In this document: positions 54,468-64,000 of the stretch, piece after piece
How positions within the stretch are numbered: position 1 is the first letter of the stretch
Layout: each line of letters opens with the position of its first letter
NCBI GenBank assembly: GCA_964016885.1
Contig: OZ024741.1
Span: 76,632,001 to 76,696,000 of the forward strand
Source of the DNA: Eledone cirrhosa
Taxonomy: Eukaryota
DNA: 64,000 bases
Direction: 5' to 3'
Position numbers and translations under genes: made by a program
The notes under the pieces: generated by a model
Seen by the model: only the letters and a program-made list of their open reading frames with translations
The model's database searches: none
Told to the model about the DNA's origin: nothing

Positions 54468-55599
54468 CACACTATAAAGTGGTCATGTAGGTGTCATGAA
54501 AAAAAGCACCCAGCCCACACAGTAAATGTGGTTGGTGTTAGAAAGGGCATCCAGCTGTAGAAACCAATCCAGATATGAGCAAGATATGGTCATCTGGTCT
54601 GGCTTGTCTCACAGGGGGCAACTTATCTAACCTATGCTAGCATGGAAAAATGTCCATTAAATGGTGATGGTGATGAGGATGATATATATAAAGAGAGATT
54701 TCTTGGCTGCAGATCACAATGTATAGCTTTCAATATGTGTGTGTGCGTGTATTGGATGGATTTTATTGTGACACCAGCACTACCACTTTACAAAGTGTAT
54801 TGGGTATATTATATTGTGGCAACGACACTAGCTATATATATATATATATATAACTAGTGTTGGTACCATGATAAAATGCTTCCAGCAAACATATATACAT
54901 ATACACATATTGACAGCTATACATTGTGATCTGCAGCCAAGGTAAGAAATCTATAATACTTTATCTCAGAATACAAACACATAATTATTTTAATACCAAC
55001 TTGCATGAGACTGCCAATAATAAACTGTTCATATTTAGATTAAAATTTTAATCAAAATCTCCTCCAAAAATCTTGATTACATTGAAAATACATTGAAACA
55101 CAAAGACAATCACACTCATAAGAAAATGACTCAATGAAAAGACCTGTATATGGTCAATTAACCTTTTTTTTTACTCCATAGCCAAGGAAAGAAAGGACAG
55201 TGCAGAAGACATTTTATTTTTATGTTTTTAAGATCTCCAAGGGGGAAGGTGTCCTCAAATGGAAGACCTCACCAGGATGCTTGAACAGAGTGAACTCTGT
55301 TAAAGGCACAAAAGAACAGGTGATGGTATTGAACTGAGCAATGGATAAGATCTACCACCCAAGAACATAGAATACAAAAAACTGGAACAAATACTGCAAA
55401 GCATCTTGCCCAACATTTCTGCAAGAAATAGATGGTAAATCCCCTCAATAACACCCAGCCACCCTTTTGGTACTGTTTATGTATTTTAATTAATTTTGAA
55501 AATAATAAAAAATTTGGAGAAATTTAGAAAAATAAATAACTTTTTCATAATCAAGTTGATATTTGAAACATTACTTAACGAAAAATTCTTAGATAAAAT

Positions 55600-55795
55600 T
55601 ATAATTGTTTCTACTTTTGGCACAAGGCCAGCAATTACCCCAGTGTATTACTGGTACTTTATTTTGTTGACCCCGTAAGGATGAAAGGCAAAGTTAACCC
55701 CAGCGGGATTTGAACTCAGAATGGCAAGGGCCGTAACTCTTTGCTGCAAAGCATAGCGTCTGACTCTCTACCGATACTGCCAATCCACCGCCCTA
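55600..55795 (-). mobile_element. Full-length SINE (same family)
   Basis: Same consensus as 40426-40610. Confidence 0.88.
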
Positions 55796-56083
55796 TAATG
55801 GAACATTTTACTGTAAGGAAGAAAACACTTATAAACAGACAGTTTTATATCACCAAACCATGGGGGCTTTCAAGTGGGTTGGTATCAAAAGGTTTTAAAA
55901 AGAATGCTTAGCATTTTGTGGTTCTTGATACAATATATCTGAAAAAAGAAAAGATAGGAAGGATAGTTGTGGTTGGAATGCTTTTGATATTAGGAAGCAG
56001 CTTGATCATGACCAACTTGAGACCAAACAACAATACCTCATAGAAAATATAGTCAGGAAATAATGAAAGAATAACACACTTAC

Positions 56084-56156
56084 CTCCATAAACAATACCA
56101 AACTGGCCTGAACCAAGGACATACTCTGCACATATTGAGTACATTAAACTTATATC
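56084..56156 (-). CDS. PRKD: Protein kinase D exon (DISLMYSICAEYVLGSGQFGIVYG, Gly-rich loop)
   Basis: 73 nt, phase 0-1, tttcag/gtaagt; VLGSGQFGIVYG is the PKD subdomain I. Confidence 0.96.
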
Positions 56157-56918
56157 CTGAAAAGAAGGAGGAAAAGCAAATTTAAAATATTTTTTTCTTT
56201 TTTAAACATTATTTAAAATTAAATGAAAATTATGTTTATATACATATTTGTCATTTCATGTTATGATTTTTTTAAAAACCAAAAGCATTTGTCTTCATTA
56301 AGACGAAAATCAGTTATAAAACCAAATGTGTGCATGAGAGAGAGAAGGCAAGAAGGAAATAAAGCAAGCATGCTTCAGTGGATGTCTAATGATTGGTGTA
56401 GTATAGGATAGAACAGTCTCTTCAGTTAAATCAAATGACCAACATCCATAGTGCTGGCACCACAATAAATTGTACCTAGTATACTTTGTAAACTGGTTGG
56501 TGTTGGGAAGGATATCCAGTTGTAGAAACCATGATAAAATGATCAAAAAGCTTCTTCAGTCACATTACAGACATAATAACCTGTCTTGTGTTGGTGCCAT
56601 GAAAAATGCACGCAGTACACTTTGTAAAATGATTGGCATTAGGAAGGGAATCCAGCCGTAGATGTCTTGTCAAAAAAGGGGTTGAGAGGACTCTTTACTT
56701 GAGTCAAGGATATAATAACCTCAGAATAGAGGTGTATATGAAAGCATATACAATATTTTTATGTATAATAAGTCTTGTTGTGGGTATTTCAAGCAGTGAT
56801 CATGTCACAGCTACCTTAGTAGCCATGTGAAAATGCCAAATACTAGTATTTCAGCTTATTTTATCTGAAGACCCATTGAAGATGGATAAAAATCTGGAAA
56901 TACTAGTATAATACTTAC

Positions 56919-56950
56919 TTTTTTTTCATGGAGAGAGTCAGCATTATACT
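56919..56950 (-). CDS. PRKD: Protein kinase D microexon (EYNADSLHEKK), PH-kinase linker
   Basis: 32 nt with a strong acceptor ttgttttcttcttcacacag and donor gtaagt; its phase 1-0 is exactly what is needed to join the flanking exons. Confidence 0.8.
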
Positions 56951-57329
56951 CTGTGTGAAGAAGAAAACAATTATATTTCAAAAAGCAAATACAAATATAA
57001 CACATAATTTAGTAATTAATTATTTAATATTTACTTTCCCAAAATGTGATTTTAAATGCCTAAATCATACATACAACTACAAATGCTTAAATATATGCCA
57101 ACAATTATACATATACATTTGTAGATAAATAGTTATGCATATACAATTGTACACACATAACTACATAGCTACAAGGTTTTTATTTTGTGTCTCTCCTTTG
57201 TTCTGTCCTACACCATCTTGATGGTGTAGGACAGAAACACAAAATAAAAACCTAGTCACTGAGGAGGTTACAGAATGTGTGATGAAAGAGCTTTGACAAT
57301 ATATAAACAACCATCCGGTTATATAGCTA

Positions 57330-57705
57330 CAGTTATACATCAACAATTATACACTGAAAATTATATATCCACAATTATACATCTACATTATACACCTCTA
57401 ATTAAACACCTATGTCTATACATCTATAATTATGCATATACAATTATGTATTCACAATTATACAGTCACAATTACATATCTACAATTATATATCTATATT
57501 TATACATCTATAATTATGCACATTATTATACATTCACAGTTACAGATTTATAATTATTCATCTAAAATTTAATGTTCGCACTTATACATTTACAAATATA
57601 ACTTTACAGTTATACTTACACACACATCGTTATACATCTACTGTTGTAAATTTATGTCAACATCTAATTACATATCTACAATTATACATTTACAATTATA
57701 TATAT
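57330..57705. repeat. Degenerate tandem repeat of about 14 bp (tacaattatacatc)
   Basis: Direct reading. Confidence 0.75.
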
Positions 57706-58073
57706 CCAAAGATCATCCCCAGGACTTGAGAGCCTCATGGGAGGCTTTTTTTGAGAGCTGATGCTTAGCTCAGGTTTTCTAACATAAAATGGTCAAGACA
57801 AATATACTGTGTACTGCTCTGTGATAAAACACCAGTCTATTGCAGGTTGGCATGCACTAAAGTTTTGTAACCTATTTCCCAGGTAGCAAAGTGAACTGAG
57901 GAAATATAGAATAAATTGTTGTTTCCAGAAATTCAATGAAAGACTAAAATAGAAATAAAGACTCTATCTTCACCATCAAGGGTTTTCTCTGTCTGAAAAA
58001 TTAGTCCCTATCTCATCTTGCAGTAAGACAGATGCTAATCAGACTTTAGTGTTTGAGTTTGATTTACAAATAA

Positions 58074-58635
58074 CTAGCTGATGTACCCTGCTTTGCCTAG
58101 ATAAATAAATGATAAGAGAAGACAGATAGAAAAGAAAGCGACTGTATTGGATCTGTTGTCTGGTTTACAGTATGAGGCAAGACCATGATGTGTGTGTGTG
58201 ACAAAAGAAAAAAAAACAGTAAAAAAATCTTCCAGATACACCAGATTCTTCGTTTTACTGCTCATGCATAGTATATAAAGATTTCTAGGTGTTCCAACTC
58301 GTGAACAACCTACATATAACTGTCCATGGGTAAAAAGTGATTCTCTTGTATTCAATCCTACAATTTTGAAACTCTGAGCCGTGGCTTTATTTACAGTCAT
58401 AGCAAAACTGGCTCTAATAGGGAACAGAACTCTCTAGAATTTGAATGGCAGCTCGGTAGAGGATAAGAGGAATCTTGGGAATTTTCTCCCCAATGAATAG
58501 CCTGCAAGAATAGTAACCTCTAGGAGATGGTTCATCCTCTGCCTGACTGTAAAGCATGTGTCATTGCATAGACATGGTTGGTCCAGATTTCTCAAAAGGA
58601 TGATGTTAGTGCCAATCTTCTATATTATATATAGA
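58074..58635 (-). mobile_element. Internally deleted Helitron retaining the PIF1-helicase C-terminus
   Basis: 5' TCTATATATAATATA, LLRNLD..LCN, FAMTVNKA..QS...FTHGQLYVGCSRV, degenerate subterminal hairpin and 3' CTAG. Confidence 0.88.
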
Positions 58636-58680
58636 TATAATGTGTGTGTGTGCAGGTTGGTGTGCGCATGTAAGTGTAAA

Positions 58681-58939
58681 CTAGCATTCAAATTGGAGAC
58701 ACTGGCCATGAAACATGAACATCATTGACAACGAACACGCAGAGAGAATCCCTTATGGTTGGCATACTCGGGATGTTTTTCTTCTTCTTTGATGTTATAT
58801 TATTTATAACAATAATCCTTCCTGGATATATCCTTATTCCATTGCTGTACTTACTTTTCGATTGATACTTTTCGTTTTTGTGTGATGCGTGAAGGAACCA
58901 ACCAACAAACAAACATCTCTCTTTTATATTATGTATAGA
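58681..58939 (-). mobile_element. Short non-autonomous Helitron-like piece
   Basis: 5' TCTATACATAATATAAAAGAG..tgtttgtttg and CTAG at the other end; hairpin unclear. Confidence 0.5.
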
Positions 58940-59482
58940 TTGAATAAGAAAGAGAGGGACAATTTTGACTTTAACTACACCAAACCTGAACTAGACCAAA
59001 ACTAGAATCCTTTGGTTGACAGACACATCTGCACTTTCTAGCAAGTTTAGCTCCAAAAATAATTTTTTGATGTCAAAGACAATTATACATTAAGTGTGGT
59101 GAATTGGCAGGGTTGTTAGAATACCAGAAAGAATGCTCTGTTGTATTTGTTTCTGTTTTTTAAGTTTGAATCTGCCAAGGTCAATTTTGCCTTTCATCAT
59201 TTCAAGGTTGATAAAAAAAAGCATCAGCTCTGTACTAAAGTCGATTCTTCCTCTATATCTCTTTCCCGCTTCCTCTCTCTCACTCTGTCGCTCTCCTTGT
59301 CTGAAGGAAATTGGCTGTGTTCAGACTTGGAAAGGGGACGGGCTCCACCAGGTTTAAAGTGCCATAGCCACACTATGTCATGTCATGACAGCGATCCTAT
59401 AACTCCATCAGAAGTTACAGCCCAAACAAACATAATTATACATTCTTCTGCAGATTTAATTAAATCAAATGAGGTACTTTAC

Positions 59483-59747
59483 CTTCTTGGGCATTTGTTG
59501 AAGTGACAGGCATCAATGCTTGACGAATAGCTATTTCCCAATGTTGTGCCTGCTCCAAGCCAACACCACTTTCAGCTGAAGACAGCACACTGTCTGCATT
59601 ATCTTTTCCATAGCCACTATCTTCTCCAACATAGTAGAGAACAGTAGAAAACCTAAACTCAAACACATGTGGCTGAGATTTATCAAATGCAGCTATGTTT
59701 TCTGGTTTGGCTTGTTCAATAGAAGATATCTTTTCCAATGGAATTTC
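59483..59747 (-). CDS. PRKD: Protein kinase D exon (PH domain, EIPLEKISS...YYVGE...WEIAIRQALMPVT..QE)
   Basis: 265 nt, phase 0-1, tag/gtaaag boundaries; PKD motifs EIPL, YYVGE and WE.AIRQALMPV. Confidence 0.95.
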
Positions 59748-59779
59748 CTATATAGATAAATAATTATAATTATTTATAG

Positions 59780-61762
59780 ATCAGGAGAGATTGCAGAGAT
59801 GCTAGAATGAAAGAAAATTGATGTGTTGTGTACAAGAAACTAGATGGAAGGAATGTCAGCTAGATTCCTTATGGGGGGGAAAAAACAATGCTACAAATTT
59901 TTATGGGTAGGAAATGACAACAGGCTGGGTGGAATTGGTAATAGATAAGGTAATTGCTATAAATAGAGTGGACAACAGAATCATTAAACTTAGACTAGTC
60001 CTAAATAGAACAGCTGTAACAATTATATCTGCATATGCACCTCAATCTGGACTGTCAGATGAAATAAAAGACAGGTTTTATGAATCCCTAATGCACACTA
60101 CCTCCCTAATAAGTCACAATGACTTCATAATCATTGCAGGCAACTTTAACAGGCATGTTGGGCAACATTGTGATGGCTTCTAGAGTCCACAGAGGTTTTG
60201 GGTTTGGCACTAGAAATGAGGAAGGTTTCAGATTCCTGGAATTCTGTGATGCCAATGATCTATCTATCTGTAACACAAAGTTTAAAAAACCAGACAATTA
60301 CTTGATCACCTATGGATCAGGTGAGTATGCCAGCCAGATAGATTTTATCTTCAGCAGAAGATGAGATAGAGTGACAGTTGTAAACACTAAGTCCCTCTCT
60401 GGTGAGGAGTGTACATCCCAACATAATCTAGTAGTTAGCAACCTTATAGTTAGAGTGAGACAAACTGAGTGACAGAGGACAACATGGAGGAGAAGAATAT
60501 AGAAGTTAAAGGACCCATCAGCCAGTAACAAATTTAGAGGTATGTTGCTTGATGCTTTTGACAGAAAGGAAGAGCAAATAGAGATATACAATATAGAGAA
60601 GAATGTGAATTACTGAAAGATAATCTGCTGAAGGCAACAAATGAAATCTGTAGCTGGAGCAGGTCTCTAGGGAGAAGGAGAGTGACTTGGGAGTGGAATA
60701 ACAGGGTGAATAAGATGATTAAGGCTAAGAGACAGGCATGGAAAGAATAGCAAAATGAGGGAAGCAGTGAGCTATACCAAGTGGTCAGGAGAGAAGTTAG
60801 GCGGCAAGTATACTTTGCAAGGAAGGAAGCAGAAAATATATATGCATGTTTTGCAACATGAGAACCAAAGACATGAGGTGTTCATGATTGCGAGACAGTG
60901 TGTCCGAGATGATAATGGTGCACTATCCCTCACTGAAGCTGAAAAGAAAGTAGCATGGAAGTACCACTATGAATGGCTACTGAATGAGGAGAATCCATGG
61001 GGAGAAGATAGTTTGCTCCAAATAAACCCAACAGAGGGACCAGCCATACAAGTGAGCTGCAGAGTAGTAAATAAGGCAATTAAGGATGTGAGGACAGCAA
61101 AGCAGCTGGACTTTTGGATATAGTTGCTGAGCAGCGGAAAGTATCTGGGATGGTGAGTCACACCGTAACCACCCATATTGTAAACAAAGTGACACTAAAT
61201 GGTGACACACCCAATGACTAACATAGCATCATCACCATCAACAGCTACAAGGGCAAAAGAGATTAACTAGACAGTGAAAACTATAGAGTTGATTGACCAG
61301 GTCACGAAGATCACAGAAAGAGTTATAGCACAGCTGATCAGGGACAGATTTAACCTAGATGAGATGCAGTTTGGATTAGTGCCAGGTAAAAGTACCACAG
61401 ATGCCCCCTTCCTTGTGAGGCAGCTACAGAGGTACCTAGTTAAAAGTAAACCGCACTATTTGGCATTTGTTGACATGGAGAAAGCTTTTGACAGAGTCCC
61501 CCATTCCATTATCGGGTGGGCTTTTAGAAAACTAAGAATAGATGAGTGGCTTGTGAAGGCAGTACAAGCCCTGTATAGAGAAGCAGTCAGCAAGGTTAGA
61601 ATTAACAATGATGATAGTGAAGAATTTAGCATGCAGTTAGGTGTCCATCAGGGTTCCGTTCTTAACTCTATCCTGTTTATTATCATCTTGCAGGATATAA
61701 CAGAAGAGTTTAAGACTGACTACCCATGGGAACTTCTATATGTAGATGATCTAACACTGTAA
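59780..61762 (+). mobile_element. Decayed RTE-clade LINE (APE endonuclease plus RT)
   Basis: VQETRW, IISAYAPQ, IAGNFN.HVG, RNEEG..LEFC, QIDFI, QFG.VPGKSTTDA, FVDMEKAFDRVP, GVHQGSVL, LLYVDD; many frameshifts. Confidence 0.92.
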
Positions 61763-62655
61763 AGTGCTCATTTTAGTGACATGACAAAAAGCACCCAATC
61801 CCCACTGTAAAATGGTCATATTGGTGACATGCCAACAAGCGCCCAGTCTATATTGTAAAGTGGTTGTGATGGTAGCACAACAAAAAGTGGCCAGTCCACC
61901 CTGTTAGATAGTCATTTTGGTGTCAGGACAAAAAATGGTCAGTCCACCCTGATGGTCATTTTGGTGCCATGATAAAAAGTACCCAGACCACACTGTAAAT
62001 GTAGTTGGTGTTAGAAAAGGCATTGAGCTATAGAAACCAAGCCAGAAACAGTTCGATATGAGCAAGACATGGTCATCTGATCTGACTTATCTCACAATGA
62101 GACAACTAGCCTAACACATGATAGAGTGGAAAAATGATGATAATAAATAAACACACTCACACACACATACATGTATGTATATGTGCGTGTGTTTATATAT
62201 ATATATACATCATCGTTTAACATCCATTTTCCATGCTAGCATGATTTAGATGAGCTATCCCATTGTGAAACAAGCCAGGTCAGAGGACTGTGTTTTGCTC
62301 ATACAGAACTGATTTTGGCTTGGTTTCTACGTCTAGATGCCCTCCCTAATGCCAACCACATTTACAGTGTGTACTGTTGTGACACCTACTCAACCACTTT
62401 ATAGTGTGGACTGGGCGCTTTTTATTGTGACTCCTACATGACCACTTTACTATGTGGACTGGTTGCTTTTTGTTGTGACACCAACACGACCACTTTACAG
62501 AATGGGGCTGAGGACTTTTTGTTGTGTTACCTACATGACCACTTTACAGTGTAGGCTGTGCGCGTTTTGTTGTGACACCTAAACGATCACTTTACAATGT
62601 GGACTGGGCATTCATTGTTGTGACACCATGGTGACCACTTTATAGTGTGGATTGG
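61763..62655. repeat. Two RTE-tail-derived repeats with about 40-bp internal tandem units, in inverted orientation
   Basis: Plus copy 61763-62140 (cccagtccacactgtaaagtggtc units); minus copy 62210-62655 (accactttacagtgtggactggg units). Confidence 0.75.
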
Positions 62656-63465
62656 GGACTTGGGTGGCGGAGATGCATTGGGATGGAGGAGGTAGGTGTA
62701 GGGGGTAGGGTGTTAGGACGTGGGTGGTATGATTACAATGTGGGAGGTGTATGTGAGGGGTGAAGGGAGGGAAGGTGGTGCATACTGGATGTATGTCTCA
62801 ACCCCTGCATATGGGAACGTGGGTCTTCTGTATTACTGCATAAAATATATATATATGTACAAACACACACACATATATATGGAAGGTTCTGAGATTGAAC
62901 CTGTAATTCTGGCTTAAATACTGTGAGCTTTAAATACTTGTTCAATGTTCAGTCAAGACTATATAATACTCACAACTACAACATAATACATACAAAGAAA
63001 CAAAGATAAGTATTGGTTTATTGTAAATGCATGTGTCTAATAAAACTAAAATGTATAACCAGATAATCTGTCATAAAATGTTTTTAAATTTTATTGAATT
63101 TTAAATCTTTTGAAAATTCATACTTTTCCATCAATTTAACTGATTAAAAAAAACAAAACAACAAAAAACAAAAATGTATTCATTTCTATAAAATTTAACT
63201 AGAAAAGATAAAAATGAAAAATGTAGACATTTCTGTAGAATTTAATTCTTTGAAAAGAACAAAAGAATGAAATATTTATACATTTCCTATCAAATCTAAC
63301 TATTTTAAATGAACAAGAAAGAGAAAAATTTATACATTTCTATCATCTCTAACCAACTGAAAAGAATATTCCCTTGTTAGCGAGAAGAACGGATGTTGAA
63401 TGAATGAAATGATGATTTGTTTTGTTTCTAAATCCAATAGATAGAAAATTCTGAAGACATGTTAC

Positions 63466-63543
63466 CTTAAAATATCGCGTGGTTTCTTTGTTTTGGTAAA
63501 GAGTGATAGTCTTTGTATCCAGTCTCCAGTAATGACGCTTCCG
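63466..63543 (-). CDS. PRKD: Protein kinase D exon (PH domain, RKRHYWRLDTKTITLYQNKETTRYFK)
   Basis: 78 nt, phase 0-0, flanked by tttatag and gtaac; matches the PKD PH motif RKRHYWRLD. Upstream exons lie outside the window. Confidence 0.95.
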
Positions 63544-64000
63544 CTATAAAAGTAATGGAAAGTTTACAATGAATTTTATCGTAACACATGTTTTGTTGTA
63601 TTAATTGATATATTTAAATTGTATAATAGAAGTGGATAAAATGCCAGTTTATCACAGGTCATTATTCACCAAACATTGAAGCAAGTCTGAGTGAGTGACA
63701 AAGAAGTTAGCACACCCACACTCATACACACACATATATATAAAAAAAGTTGAGAGGACACCCAAGTCATGACATGGCAGCTTTTTTAATGCTGGTGTCA
63801 CCCAGTACACCCTGTAAGGTGACTAGTGATAGAATAGGCATCCAGCTGTAGAAACCATGTAAAATAAAGCGCTAAGAAGACTCTTCAGTCATGTCAAGAA
63901 CATAGTCTCTTTAGTGTTGGTGATCTACATGATAAATTCCCCCAGTACATTCTGTAAATTTATTGTTGATACACAGAGCATCCAGTTAGGAAACCTGTCA

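Overview
Eukaryotic, AT-rich and repeat-dense DNA with (TA)n/(CA)n/(AAT)n tracts, tRNA-derived SINEs, RTE/R4/CR1/Penelope retroelements and Helitrons. The repeat style points to an octopus (cephalopod) genome, which is an inference. The main gene is a minus-strand protein kinase D (PRKD) whose 3' part spans 63543 down to 21967 as 13 coding exons, including a 32-nt microexon. I reconstructed these by hand: all have GT-AG boundaries and consistent phases, covering the PH domain, the kinase domain and the C-terminus. The 5' exons lie beyond the window. Two weakly supported plus-strand exons suggest a convergent gene ending near 17.3-18.5 kb. The most unusual signals are: (i) several type-I hammerhead-ribozyme-like folds in unrelated sequence contexts that share a U·U pair at the base of stem II, two of them with very long stem II; (ii) about nine long fold-back palindromes built from different element families; (iii) inverted SINE pairs bracketing kinase exons; (iv) an R4/Dong LINE inserted in the (AAT)n tail of an older R4/Dong copy. 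Nearly all ORFs in the supplied track are microsatellite artefacts.
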